Shown: positions 49,294 to 62,429, counted from the whole stretch's first letter. The stretch is 63,899 nt of DNA, filler included, from Squatina squatina (GCA_031763465.1; 4 parts of 3 records of this genome joined end to end with filler, not necessarily neighbours in it), one strand, 5' to 3'. Notes: generated from the sequence alone by a model not told the origin. Numbers and translations: made by a program.

Positions 49294-51054
49294 CTGGTGG
49301 AAAGACCATGCTGGTCTTTGCTTGCTTCTTGATCGGTTATTTTCAACTTTTTCAAACTGCGACAACTTTTCTTGTGACTGCTGATCAAAGTGCCCAAAGT
49401 TTGCCATTTTCTCATCATTATTAGCCTCAACTATTTTGCACTAGTTCAAACGACCTCTCATTAGACACTTTTCATGTACAAATCATTTTCAACATGTACT
49501 TCAAGGGCACCACAATTCAAAAGCAACCACTTCAGTTTCAACTTTCACATCAGTACATTGCTCCTCAATACAAATAATCTGTACTTATTCCACTTAATGG
49601 TTGCACAGAAACTCCTTCATGCTGTTAAAATACTCTTTGCTATCCTCCATTTCATTTCTTTGTTGCTTTGACCATCCATTGTGACAACAATATCAAGTAA
49701 ACAATGTAATCCTGTTTCGTAATTCACGTATTATGTACTTTGAGGTCAGTTTTTGGGAGCTTTACTTTCTTTGTAGTAACATTAATATCATCTCTATGCT
49801 TTGATTTTAAATCCATAATTCCAAACTTGCCTGGCCTACTTTCTTAAATACCTCTTTTGTATCTGCAATTAATATTTTATCTATGGGCTGGCTTAGGCTA
49901 TTTGTGAATTTTCCATTGATCTTGAGCCCAACATCTATGTCATTCAGAGTGTCACTCATAATTTAAAAAATGAACTTATCCCTGCCTTACTCCTCTTCTC
50001 CTCTCTATCTATTATATATTATACTTTAAATAACAGTGACATTTTAAATATATAGTTTACCAACATATTGAGGACTATAAAAAATCTCCTGATAGACTTT
50101 GCCCTGTTTAAGTTGATCTCTATTGTTCACTTTCTTTCCACACACCGGTCTCCATCACCGGTAATGTGGCTTTGCACAATTATCTCTTTGAACTCCATCA
50201 ACGTCTTGATTGGTTGACCCACCACCACAAAAGTGTTCTGGAGTTGATTAGCAAGGTGCCATCCGTTCCTCAGCCTAATAACCTGCATGAGGTTGGTGGC
50301 AAGACAGGAAAACTTGAGTTTGATAGTCAGTTGATGCTGGGTAAATCGCATATATTATATACAAAAATTTGTATCGTAACAATTTTAATACAATGAATTG
50401 GTTTGCCTGCTTCAGAACTGGTTTAACTATACTTGTTATATCTTTACTTAAAAATATTCAAACTTCACCAACATTTTCAATTAGGTTTTGAAGAACGTGT
50501 ATGAAAACACAGCATTTTAATGGCCTGGATAATGTCTCTCCTTTCTTCCAATTTCAACTTAACATATGAATTGGACTTATCCTTGTTACTTTCCTCAATC
50601 TTGGATGCAAATATTTTGAGGGGGCTGAAACCTGCAGCTCCTCCTCACCCGCCTTAATACTTCATTGTTTAAATCTTAGAGGCCTCTTTGCAGTGCTATC
50701 CACACTGCCTGTTCCAATAGATTCAGAAATTCGGTCCAAGCAAAAATAAAATTTGCCACACACCATAGACAGACATTACTAAAGGTCTGGAATGTCGGAA
50801 TGTCTGTGGTGACTGCTACATATATTGCAGGCTGAATCACAAGTCTGGGCACAAATATTCTGTGAATGGGCCCTTCTCCACTGAAGTGCCATCAGTTTAA
50901 TTTCAAGTTCACACTGCAAAAGAAATCCAATTTTGCACATGGCTTTTCCTTCTTTTGTGAAGTCCACCATAGCTTTAATTTCAGGACTAATTATTAAAAT
51001 AAAACTGCCAAGCTCACAGAACTCATTTGGGAAACCCATCATTTGACATGGTAA

Positions 51055-51227
51055 AGAAAGATCTTGCATTTATATACAATCTCAATCTCAGGATGTCCCA
51101 AAGCCCTTGACAACCAATTAAGTACTTTTGAATTGTAGCCACTATTGTAATGTAGGAAACACAGCAGCAATATTTGCGCACCAGATGATTTTTTTTTTAA
51201 TAAAAGTGTTGGTTGACAGATAAATGT
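51055..51227 (-). mobile_element. Deu-domain SINE 3' half
   Basis: aaagaaagatcttgcatttata..ctcaggatgtcccaaagc..aagtacttttgaa.tgtag. Confidence 0.8.
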
Positions 51228-51327
51228 NNNNNNNNNNNNNNNNNNNNNNNNNNNNNNNNNNNNNNNNNNNNTTAATTAATTAANNNNNNNNNNNNNNNNN
51301 NNNNNNNNNNNNNNNNNNNNNNNNNNN
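51228..51327. other. Artificial scaffold linker
   Basis: TTAATTAATTAA at 51272-51283 between two 44-N runs. Confidence 0.95.
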
Positions 51328-51443
51328 GGCTGTAAAGCGCTTTGGGACATCCGGTGGTCGTGAAAGCTGCTACATAAATGCAGGTCCTTTTTTTCAATGT
51401 GCTTCTTTATAATTAAAAATACACTGTAATAAGAATAATGCCA

Positions 51444-51524
51444 GATTTTGTGTCTAAATATTAGTCTGATACATTGTATAAACAATGTTGGGATTTTGTG
51501 TCCAAATATTAGTTTGTACATTGT
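51444..51524. repeat. Imperfect tandem duplication, period 48 bp
   Basis: gattttgtgtctaaatattagtctgatacattgt vs gattttgtgtccaaatattagtttgtacattgt. Confidence 0.75.
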
Positions 51525-51944
51525 GTGATAGCACAAAGATATGCTGAATACCCAGTAGGAAAATAGAGTGGGTGTAAACTGTTAGATTACATTGTCCTTT
51601 TTTTAAACTCGTAGATAAATGACATATCCCTGCTGCTCCATGCTGTGCATCCTCTTTGCATTTTCATGAAGAACTCTACAAGAACTGTGTAACATGATAA
51701 ATTATGCATGACGAATCACAATGTCACAGTTTGTATTACATATTAATAAGTTAAAGTAGACGGATATCTTCATACTATTGGGTTTTGGTCTGTGGATCGT
51801 GTAGGAGTTTGCCTTGCATCTCATTTTCAAAGTCTCAGTGGATCGCCAGTTTTCCCCCTGCAGGTGAAGTGGGTACGTCTGCTATATTACTATCATATAA
51901 AAGTAAAAACCACCACTGCATTACTGAAACAGTGAAAAAAGCAA

Positions 51945-52125
51945 AGTAAGACCTTGCATTTATATTGCGACTTTCACAACCTAAAGGCGTGCCAAATCGC
52001 TTTACAGCCAATGAAGTACTTTTTCAAGTGCAGTCATTGTTGTAATGTAGGGAATGTAACAGCCAATTTGTGCACAACAAGCTCCCACAAACAATAATGA
52101 AATAAAATGACCAGATAATCTGTTG
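51945..52125 (-). mobile_element. Deu-domain SINE 3' half
   Basis: cttgcatttatattgcgactttcacaacc...cagccaatttgtgcacaacaagctcccacaaac..aatgaccagataatctgtt. Confidence 0.85.
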
Positions 52126-52129
52126 TAGG

Positions 52130-52652
52130 TCTTAGTTCAAGGATCTTGGACCCTCTCCTATTTCTACATGCTGCCCCTTGGCGACATCACCTGAAAACAC
52201 AGTGCCAGTTTCCACATGTACGCTGATGACACCCAGCTCTACCTCACAACTCTCTCGACGTCTCCACGGTCTCTAAATTGTCAGACTGTGTGTCCGACAG
52301 GCAGTTCTGGATGAGCAGAACCCATTGTGTTTGGTCACAGCCACAAACTCTGTTCCCTAGCCACTGACACCATCTGTCTTCCTAACATCTGTCTGTGGCT
52401 GAACCACACTGTTCGCAGCCTTGGTGTCACTTTTGACCTTGAAATGAACTTCTGACCACGCATCCGCGGCATAACGTCGCCTGTCTCCGCCCTTGTCTCA
52501 GCTTATCTGCTGCTGAAATCCTCACCTATGCCTTTGTTACCTCTAGACTTGACTATTCCAACTCACTCCTGGCTGGCCTCTTACATTCTACCCTACGTAA
52601 ACTTGAGGTCATCCAAAACTCAGCTGCCTGTGTCCTAACTCACACCAAGTCC
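52130..52652 (+). mobile_element. L2-clade LINE reverse-transcriptase fragment
   Basis: GPSP..YMLPLGDI..FHMYADDTQLYL, RSLGVTFD, AFVTSRLDYSNSLLAGL..LEVIQNSAA.VLT; internal deletions. Confidence 0.9.
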
Positions 52653-53755
52653 NNNNNNNNNNNNNNNNNNNNNNNNNNNNNNNNNNNNNNNNNNNNNNNN
52701 NNNNNNNNNNNNNNNNNNNNNNNNNNNNNNNNNNNNNNNNNNNNNNNNNNNNATAGTTAAGACAGGGTTTATATTTCAATTTTAGATCCTATTCCCCTCA
52801 AAGTCTTGAAGATTAATGGAACAGGCTTATTGCTTATCAATAATATCATAATATTACACCACCTACTGATTTTTTATGAGACTTAATAATGACAGCTTGC
52901 TGCAATCATTTGAAAGGAATAGATCTGTAGTCAATAGTTTCCCCCCAGAGATCTGTCACAAATCTCCAAGAAGAATTTATATGCATTATTATCATTCTTG
53001 TCTGGTTCCGTACCTGACAGTAAGTCAGTTAAGTGCTGCTATGATGAGTAACAGCATTACATTACTTCAGTAGGAATCTCGATCTGTAACCGTGGCACTT
53101 GAAAAGGTTAGTGAGCCACTAGTTTGGCTATATTGAGGAAGTATCCAGTGCTGGGAGGTAGGGATTGATATCAGCCCTGTAGTAAAAAAAATTTTCCCCA
53201 TTTTTGCATGCAGTATCAGTATTGGCAATCCCAAATCAGATATAGTATGGCTTAGTTGCAAAGTTTAGATCCATGAACACTTCGAATAATGTGCCTAACC
53301 GAGTACCTCAGCAAGGCTTCTCTTTTTTTTCCTTAATTTCCCGCAGCAGATACTTCTACACTTGGTGAGCCAATTTAGCCCTAAATCACAGACCACTTTT
53401 TGCATCCTGGAAACCAGGTCGAAACTACGTAAAATAATCTCACATAGGATCCTCAGAGAGACGAGAATCCCATCCTCACCATCCAACTGGATTGAAGGAT
53501 GGATCCAGGAGTGGAAGCACTTTATTCAAACACTTGCACCACCCAGGTCCCCGAACGTCATTTTAATTGATATAAAGTTGGAATGTTTTTGTGTAATGGA
53601 TATACAGATCCAACCAATAGTTTCCTATGCAAAAAATGATTTAGCATTAGATGCTTCCTCTAATCAGGAGATCAGAGAATGGCAAACCAAATTCGAGTAG
53701 TCTACCACCCTACTTTGCTCTCTGAGATTTGATTGCAGCATTACTATTAGGAATA

Positions 53756-54057
53756 TGTCAGCCTTGGTACTCTGAGCCTGAAGACTGTGGATTCAAGTCC
53801 CATTCCATAGACTTGTGCACAGAATCCAGGCTGACACTCCAGTACAATACTGGGGGAGTGTTGCACTGTTGGAGGTGCCATCTTTCAGATCAGATGTAAA
53901 ACCAAGGCCCCGTCTGCCCTCTCGGGTGGAGGTAAAAGATCCTATTGTACTATGGGAAGATGATCAGGGGAGTTCTCCCCCGTGCCATGGCAAATATTTA
54001 TCGCTCAACTAACACCAAAAACAGATTATCTGGTCATTATCGCAGTGCTGTTTGTGG
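53756..54057 (+). mobile_element. Deu-domain SINE, 5' two-thirds
   Basis: B-box-like GGATTCAAGTCCC, then the ggaggtgcc.tctttc.gat..gatgtaaaacc.aggccccgtctgccctctc.ggtgga.gtaaaagatcc core; A box deleted. Confidence 0.88.
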
Positions 54058-55859
54058 NNNNNNNNNNNNNNNNNNNNNNNNNNNNNNNNNNNNNNNNNNN
54101 NNNNNNNNNNNNNNNNNNNNNNNNNNNNNNNNNNNNNNNNNNNNNNNNNNNNNNNNNAGCCATTGGAAGCAAAATAAAGGCTGGTAGGGCTCAAGCTGAC
54201 CTAATAGTTAATACATGTGTTGGTTGTTGTTCCATGTCAATTGCAGAAAGCATCAGAAATAGGAGATCAAACAAGGAGCAGGATCGATTGGTTCATCATG
54301 GGGGTGATGTTATTCCCCACTCATGCCAAGGAAGAAAAGCAGCAGGTTCCAACAAAAGAAAATAGGCTGGTTGAAGAAGGAGAGATTTCCCTGGCTCTCC
54401 TGTGTCCCATTAGTTGTGTCAGAGTGTTCCATTGGTACCAACAAAAATGATCATATACCAACCGGGCACAGTTTAAAACTGGGTCCGAGTAGATCCATGA
54501 GAATTAGTGCAGGAACATATTGACACCATTAGACTGAGCTATAATTCTAAGACAGGTAGTTTGTGAGAACACTGAATGTTCAGGCAGCAAGACAGATGCT
54601 AACCCCATGGCATTCAGCCATGCTGTAGCAGAACTAAGTGCAAGAGTCTATATGATTTGATCAACTTTAGTTAAGGAAAATACCAGGCCACTGAAAGAGA
54701 CGAGACTGATTGGGTACCAGAGCACAAAGCAACCATGTTGTGGAAAAAGAGGGAAAGGAACTCAGAGAAATTCTACCAATTTCTGGGACTTTAAGTAGTT
54801 CTCCTTTGAGGTAAAATTAGCTTTAGTTGTAAGTAGAACATTCATCATCTAACTTACTTGATTAATCTGTTTCAGAAGGGGAACAAAATTAAGCCTACAG
54901 AGGTTACAGTTTGTGAAGATTAAGATTAAATTCCAGTTTTTAAATGGTGTGTTTCAGTACTAGACTGAAGTATTTCAGTTCTGACTTAACTTGTTTTGCA
55001 TATTTGCAGAACCCTTGATCTTAAGTGTTACTATAAATAGGGTACTCGTGCTTCAACTGCAATCCCACATTATTCATTAAGATGGTTATACAGCACCATG
55101 GCAATGCAATCTGTTGGTGCATTAATGCACCGTGCCGTAGGTCATAGCCACACTGCAAGCCTCTCGTTTTGACCCCGGCGGGTGCCTCCCTAAATGGTAG
55201 GGAGGGAAAACTGGGGCCAATTCAACACCCCCAATCCCTCCCACCACCACAACTTCTTGCCCCAGCCCAACACTTTCAGAGGGACTGGCTTAAATATGGT
55301 ATTTTATGGCAGCCTGGGTGTAGATTTCTTTCCTGCGTGCTGTTTCTAACAAAAAGATTGACAGCATAAAACAGAGCGACAAGCAGTGATTGAGAGCACA
55401 TGGACAAGCATCTCCTTCAATGACATTTGGATTAGGTGGTGAATCAGGTCAGTACATTTTCCTTGATAATTATTTTTTATGCTTTCTCCCCCTTGTACAA
55501 TTCAGATCCTCTCCGCCATAGCAGCGTGACTGGACAATCTGGGTCACTGCCACTGACTGTCAGCAGTGTCAATCTGAGCGACACCAAATGGATAATGGCA
55601 GCTTTAACACTCCGAGGTCAAATGAATTTGGAACAGCGAAAAACTTTGTTGACTTCATTAAATCTCAGTTGCATTCACTTTGAAGACAGTTCTAAAGAAA
55701 GCGTTAATATAACGTAGCGGGGGTGAAAATCTGTGGCCCTGCTGATNNNNNNNNNNNNNNNNNNNNNNNNNNNNNNNNNNNNNNNNNNNNNNNNNNNNNN
55801 NNNNNNNNNNNNNNNNNNNNNNNNNNNNNNNNNNNNNNNNNNNNNNCAAGTTCTCACTG

Positions 55860-56141
55860 TCCAAAGCAGTGGATTACTTAGTGCAAACATTGTCTTTAAG
55901 GGGCGAGGTGGGCTGGTAAGTGATCGATCCTGATTAGCTAGTTCAGCGAATTGGTCCAGTGGAACCTATCTTACCCAATTTGCACCACACCTGCGCCCAG
56001 TTACAGTGATTTAAAGCCCCATTTAGAAAAAAATTAAAGAGGCCAATACCGCAGCTTAACACAACAGCGCAGAAACAATGCAAAATCTACCCCTATTCGG
56101 CACCTTAAGTTGCCAGTGTGGCGCAATCCAATTGGGATCCC
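55860..56141 (-). mobile_element. Harbinger element arm, same family as 36920-37180
   Basis: Colinear shared blocks ccaaagcagtg, ctttaaggg, gaattgg.cca, aaagag.ccaatac, caccttaagtt, ccaattggg. Confidence 0.65.
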
Positions 56142-56769
56142 TAAAGCTCTAATCCCAGTTAGAAAGCTCCTGGCCTGTATTACAAAGGACGGCATCCAAA
56201 CATATTCATCAGAGCCTGGATTACAGGCAATGTCTGTAATCACTTTTGTTTTTGTTTGAATTTATTCAGTTCCGTCATTAGCGGCAATCAAATTTTGCTG
56301 TGACCTTATTCTGTAAATGGCCTAACTTTTTGCCTCTTGATTGGGCAATTTTCCTCTTATCATTAAGCAGCTTAATGAATAACAATGAGGAATGGAAAGC
56401 TGTGATTCATCATCGCAATTCCTTTGTATTATTTTAATCTTTTGGTGTTTTTTCTTATTGAACTTATTTTTTTCTCCAACTTAGACACGGGAAAGGCCCA
56501 CACAAGGGGGATGAAAGCAGGAAATTGGGAAGGGGAGAAGGGAAACATTACAGGTGCAAGAGAACTGAACTGAAAGCAATTTTCTGGAAACACACAGCAG
56601 GATCCCGATATTTACAGGGCCGTGCGTTTGGAGCGGGGAGGGGAGCAGGGAGGAGTCACAGGAGCTATGACACTGATATCTACCAACAATGTGGGAGAGT
56701 ACCCAATTATGACCTATTCACAAAAAAAACAGGATAAATCTAACCTGGCCAATTGCCACCCCAACAAAA

Positions 56770-56990
56770 AGATGCATTTAAGGTGAAGCTAGATAAACAC
56801 ATGAGGTAGAAAGGAATAGGAAGTTATGCTGGTCGGATGGAGAGGGGTGAGAGGAGGCTCAGGCAGAGCAAAACTGCCCCTTTCATAATTTTAAAAACCT
56901 CTATTAAATCTCCTCTTAACCTTCCCTGTTAAAGTTGGAATAGTCCCCGTATTGTCTCTTCTCAGTTTTCCATCCATGGGATCATACTGT
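56770..56990. mobile_element. Two abutting CR1 fragments in opposite orientation
   Basis: gatgcatttaaggtgaagctagataaacacatgagg (+) then cataattttaaaaacctctattaaatctcctcttaacctt (-). Confidence 0.7.
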
Positions 56991-57210
56991 CCTTACCCTC
57001 AAACACGCTTCCTAGCTGAGGTCAATGCATAGCAATCAAGAGAGGGAGCTCAGTCTGCTCTTTCCCTCTCCAGCTTTTGCTCCAACTCTCCTTCCTTCTC
57101 CAACTGCGGTGCCCCAACGATATCCCTAGCTGGAATCAGCTGGCTTGGCGCAAATTGGGAACTGAAACGAAGGCCTTCTGATCTAGTACCATGCCGTTGG
57201 CTATGGTGTA
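56990..57210 (-). mobile_element. LF-SINE-like shark SINE, decayed
   Basis: Reverse-complement similarity to 26225-26290 and 2240-2303 (tagctg..atcagct, ggccttctgatct). Confidence 0.4.
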
Positions 57211-57511
57211 ACCAAATCGTAACCCCGCTCTTTGTCAACGCACTTACAATGTTGGTGCACCTGACAGACAGAGAAAACCTTCTTCGACATCCCCAATGCT
57301 GTATTTATCCACCTTTAAATTCTAATGGCAAATATTTTTAATCCCACCAAATTCAGGAGTGTTAATGCTGGTAAATGGAGCCTTCAGTGCCCACCATTTG
57401 AAGCCACTGTGATCTTCAAGCACTTGTAGGTCGGGTATGGGAGGTATTAGTTCAGGATAAAGTTTCCTTAACACGGCTGCAACAAGAAGACTGGGGTACA
57501 GTCTCAGAAAT

Positions 57512-57588
57512 GCATAGAAACATAGAAAATAGGTGCAGGAGTAGGCCATTTGGCCCTTCGAGCCTGCACCGCCATTCAATATGATCAT
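57512..57588 (-). mobile_element. Young CR1 3' tail with (catagaaa)n
   Basis: Nearly identical to 19341-19410 and 17318-17385. Confidence 0.85.
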
Positions 57589-59809
57589 NNNNNNNNNNNN
57601 NNNNNNNNNNNNNNNNNNNNNNNNNNNNNNNNNNNNNNNNNNNNNNNNNNNNNNNNNNNNNNNNNNNNNNNNNNNNNNNNNNNNNNNNCTGTATTGCTTC
57701 TTTGGAATATGAGCCGCAAAGCACATAGGGTAAATTTTATACTACCCGCAACCTCAGGCTAGATTATAATGGCAGCTTTTAAAATAAATGTTTGCCAAAA
57801 CTCATTACTTGAGAATTATTGGATCAAATGGCAACAAAATGAAATGCCGAGAAGGCCAATTTTGCTCAAAGTATATGTGCATTTTAATCTAATTTACTTA
57901 TTTTTGGCATGTTGGAAATCTGATTTATTCCGAAAGTAGAAACGCCTGTAGATATAGCTCACTATTCAGATAATCACTCACTGTGCCACGGTTTACTAAG
58001 CAGAGATTAGTGTTAATTGTCAGGCCTGAAAAGTACTCTTACATCCAATACTGCCTTCCTTCAAGCACTCTACAGGCTTTTAGTCAACTAAATTGCAGTT
58101 ACTACTCAACACCTACACATGTAGTGCTTCAGAGAGACTCACAGCGTGCTTTAGTCAGTAAATCCTTTGGGTGTTGGCAAGGGGCATGATACTGTTTAAA
58201 TACTCAATTTGCTGGTGAGATTGAATATAATGGAAACAGATACAGTGAAGAGACGAGAGCCCCACACTAATAGGAATGAAGAGGTAGCATTTAGAAAGGA
58301 GGAAAAAATACCTCCAACAAACCAATAGACAAATGTAACAGGATCCAAAGGAAACGGAATAAAATGCACTTGACAACTACGAGGTAGGAAGGGGCGAGGG
58401 GGGAGAGAAGACAAAAATGAAAGACAACAGTANNNNNNNNNNNNNNNNNNNNNNNNNNNNNNNNNNNNNNNNNNNNNNNNNNNNNNNNNNNNNNNNNNNN
58501 NNNNNNNNNNNNNNNNNNNNNNNNNNNNNNNNGTGTTTCTATGCTTTCTATGTTACCTTGTCGAGCACTGTAAAAATTTTGTATGTTTCAATGATCACCT
58601 CTCATTCTTCTAAACTCTCGAGAATACAGGCCCAGTCTGCTCAATATCACATGCTAAAACATCATGTGATCAAATGCCACATGATCATACCTCCAGGAAT
58701 GCATCCAACCAGAGTTGAGAACCCTACTTTTGAGGCAATAAACATAATTCATGATGTACCTTGGAATAGGTATTGTGCATCTGTGCATTCTTCTCTAATT
58801 AGTGGTAAGTCACATCTGTATTGGAATACGCTCACAAAGGAGTATATTTGGTTTCACTAAAGCTGCCCCTATTTTGTCAAATGTGAGCTTTACAGAGATT
58901 TACGTTGGGACTCAGAAAAGCCTTATCAAACAGTGATGCAGCTGCCATAGAATCGAATCTGGGTGGATTCTCAGACCAGCTATCAAAGATTATTTTATTT
59001 TATTGTATCCTTGTCATAATGGATGGTGAGACAGTTAAGAAATGAAGCTTGAAAATCCAAAGTGGCTACTGCAAATCAAGGAAAACAGGCTCACTGTACA
59101 GGGAGAGTCAATTAAAAAAATGCAATGTGCATGTAGTTTGAAACTAATTAATTTATACAGGGGCATTAATATGGAGTCTTATTATACAATATATATGGTA
59201 TATTACTCTGCCTCTGCAACTTTCTCTCTCTCTCTCATATATATATATATGTGCAGCTCTGCCGTGACACTGCTCTGGTAAGCCAGATGATGTACAGCTT
59301 TATAAAAATATATCATGTAAAATGAGGGTGAATTTCCTCCGAGCTTCACCCACTCTTCAGTAGAAACTCGACTCAAGTTACAGTGGTCAAGTGGGAAAAG
59401 CTCCAAGGAAATTCACCCAGAATGTATTACTCTGCTGCTAACATATGTGGGGGTGAAATTGCAGGAATTCCATTCTGCCAGAAGTGTGGTGGAGTGGAAC
59501 TCCCATCCAGCCCTGGGTCCTGCCCTGGACCCCGTCCCCATACTGTGGGTAGAGTTCATTTATATACTCAGGGCAAGACAGCCCAAAGGTGCATCAGAGG
59601 TGGAGGCCATGGTGCTTTAAAAGGCCAAAGGAAAGGAGGTCCCCAATTATGAAAATGCTCCTCTGGGACCAATCTTTGTCTCCAGAGTGTATTATTTAAT
59701 GCAATAATTAAATGGCATTTAATGCACTGTCTTTCCCATACGTACTTCCCCAAACATTTCTGGCTTTACACCCGAGACTATTGGCAAAAGTTGCATATTA
59801 CGCAGGACT

Positions 59810-60033
59810 ATATAGGATATACTGCACAGAAACAGGCCATTCAGCCCAAACAGTCCATGCTATCATTTATGCTCAACTTGAGCCTCCTCCCATCCTTCCT
59901 CATCCAACTCTATTAGTATGACCCTTTATTCCCTTCTCCCTCATAGGCTTATCTAACTTCTCTGTAACTGCATCTATACTATTCACCTCAACCACTCCCT
60001 GTGATAGCGAGTTCTACATTCTCAGCACTCTCT
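59810..60033 (-). mobile_element. CR1-type LINE 3' end
   Basis: gcacagaaacaggccattcagcccaa...ctcaaccactccctgtg.tagcgagttc.acattctc. Confidence 0.8.
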
Positions 60034-60034
60034 G

Positions 60035-60324
60035 GACATAATCCAGGTTGACACTTGGGGTGCTGCACTGTTGAAGGTGAGACATTAAACCGATGTCCCG
60101 TCTGCCCCCTCAGGTGGACATAAAAGATCCCATGACACTATCCAAAGAATAGCAGATTTCTCCCCAATATTTATCCCTCAACCGACATCACAAAAAAACA
60201 ACCGATTGTCTGGTCATTATCACATTGCTGTTTGTGGGAGCTTGCTGTGCACAAATTGGCTGCCGCATTTCCTATATCGCAACAGTGACTACACTTCAAA
60301 AGTACTTCATTGACTGTAAGTCGC
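60035..60324 (+). mobile_element. Deu-domain SINE body
   Basis: cataatccagg..ccgtctgccccctcaggtggacataaaagatcccatg..ctggtcattatcacattgctgtttgtgggagcttgctgtg. Confidence 0.88.
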
Positions 60325-61439
60325 NNNNNNNNNNNNNNNNNNNNNNNNNNNNNNNNNNNNNNNNNNNNNNNNNNNNNNNNNNNNNNNNNNNNNNNNNNNN
60401 NNNNNNNNNNNNNNNNNNNNNNNNAGAGTATTCTTCAGTAATCTCGCAGTCTCAAGTCTCTTTGTGGGAAGGCAAACTGCTACACCAGACATGAAAGTAC
60501 TAGATGGTCTCCTACCAAGTCCTCAAAACTATAGAACTCCTTACCTCCTCAATCTTTCTCATAAGCTTTTAGAGCCCATCATCTAATCTCTACCTCTTGA
60601 ATTGTCCCATGTTTCCTTTGAAACACTTGAGGACCCTCCATTATGACCCTTGACCATTCACTTTGGCTTCTTGACGATATTTTAAAAATCTAAAGGCAGA
60701 ATTAATCTGAACGCATCTCCCTAGTAACGGGAGTTAACAATAAAGGCAGGTTTCCAATGCCTCACCGTCAACTTGTTCCCGTTTGAAAATTGTTTTTTGG
60801 TTACCATGCAAGATGATTTTCTCCCCTCCATCAAAATGTTGGGTTTTTTGGAATCATAATTTAGGCAATCCTAAGCTAATTAGTACTGCTTCAAATGAAC
60901 TTGGAATGAATACAATCCATCATTTTGTTTTTCTTACATGCACCAATATCCTATCCAGCTGAGCAGGCCCAAACTGTTGTCAAATATTTTCACTTTTCAT
61001 CTTCTGAGCTTGTTTTGAAACTAAAAGAAGTCTGTTTAGAGCCAGTGAGAGATCACTGTTCTCTTCCATTGCCTTCATGTGCTTGAGACAGCAAAGAGAT
61101 GACATATGCAGCTGGCACAGTGTCGCAAGGCAGCACAGGCCAATGTTGCTATAGCGATTTACATAAAAGTAATGAAAAAAGCCCAAAAGAAACTGGAGCT
61201 GTTAGAAAATAAGCATCTGAAGTTAGAGACTGTTTCTAAAGTGCTCCATCTTCCTCAAAGTGTAAAACATTTAATGTTTTTCTTATAGGTGGCAATGATT
61301 CATGTGCTTCTCGTTTTCGTTTGTGAAAATACGAGACACCAAAATGAAACTCTAGAGAGAATAATGCCCAGAGTGAGGCACAGACATTAAAAAACTTCAA
61401 TGCTGGTGTAAAGCAAATGCTTCAATTTGAACATTGTTT

Positions 61440-61586
61440 CTTTTTTATTTGTTCCTGGAATGTGGGTGTCGCTGGCAATACCAGCATTTATTGCCCATCA
61501 CAAATTGCCCCTGAGAAGGTGGTGGTGAGCTGCCTTCTTGAACCGCTGCAGTACTTGTGGTGAAGGTTCTCCCATAGCGCTGTTAN
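61440..61586 (-). mobile_element. CR1-clade LINE 3' end (second family)
   Basis: LQRFKKAAHHHLLRGN C-terminus followed by a tail containing AATAAA; likely the family of 25549-26050. Confidence 0.8.
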
Positions 61587-61685
61587 NNNNNNNNNNNNNN
61601 NNNNNNNNNNNNNNNNNNNNNNNNNNNNNNNNNNNNNNNNNNNNNNNNNNNNNNNNNNNNNNNNNNNNNNNNNNNNNNNNNNNNN

Positions 61686-61749
61686 GACTTGAACCTATAA
61701 CCTTCTGACTCAGAGTCGTGAGTGCTGCCCACTGAGCCATGACTAACAC
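61686..61749 (-). mobile_element. tRNA-derived SINE head (Pol III A and B boxes)
   Basis: A box TGGCTCAGTGG, B box GGTTCAAGTC; ctctgagtcagaagg matches the SINE at 53770. Confidence 0.8.
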
Positions 61750-61841
61750 CGATGTTTATGGCCTGGATATCATTAAATAAACTCGCGCATCCATAAACAG
61801 AACTGTTTTTTTTCAAAGTTTGTATATTTTTAGAAACCTAC

Positions 61842-62012
61842 CTCAAAAACAATAGGTGAACAAGTATCTGGCTTCCATTTCTTCTGACATTCATGCTGCC
61901 GGGTGCATAACCCATCACACCAACCACACTTCATAAAGGCAGGTGCTGTCTGACATTCATTGCAGGTGAGTAAGTGACGACAGCCTGGTCCATCGACTGG
62001 TACTTTGGTCAC
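61842..62012 (-). CDS. MST1R: MST1R (RON) receptor tyrosine kinase, PSI-domain exon
   Basis: tttcag acceptor, 171 nt phase 0-0, GTAGGT donor; VTKVPVDGPGCRHLLTCNECQTAPAFMKCGWCDGLCTRQHECQKKWKPDTCSPIVFE has the MET/RON PSI cysteine pattern; GPGCRH.LTC and the MON1A neighbour favour RON over MET. Confidence 0.85.
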
Positions 62013-62429
62013 CTGAAATTCAAAAAAGGAACATCCAAATACTCCTTTGTATGATATTACAAAACGTCTTTCAGAAGAAATCCTCAAATTAGTCATCACG
62101 CCATTATGCATAAGATAAATTATTGGCTATAAAGCATGAGAAAGAGTAACCCATACAGAGGTGCAGATGAATTCCGAATCCACTGATTGGATTAAATCCT
62201 TGAACTATATTTCCAGCCCGTGTTAATAGTCATAATATAAACAGATGGCACAAAACTTGGGAGGTATAGTGAACAGTGAGGAAACATAGAAAANNNNNNN
62301 NNNNNNNNNNNNNNNNNNNNNNNNNNNNNNNNNNNNNNNNNNNNNNNNNNNNNNNNNNNNNNNNNNNNNNNNNNNNNNNNNNNNNNNNNNNNNACGCAGG
62401 AAGCCTCCAATCGCGAATGCAGGGCCGTT

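Noticed and set aside
53400-53530. Part of the 112-aa ORF (ISHRILRE..NWIEGWIQEWKH) as a gene
   Set aside because: More like a decayed CR1 RT motif (VPH.RLL..WI..WL..R.Q) and too weak to call either way.
55505-55617. Plus-strand exon-like segment after a pyrimidine tract (DPLRHSSVTGQSG..)
   Set aside because: Weak donor (GTCAAA) and no recognisable protein.
61686-61749. tRNA gene
   Set aside because: The A/B boxes belong to the SINE head that continues into the Deu-domain body in other copies; no complete cloverleaf.
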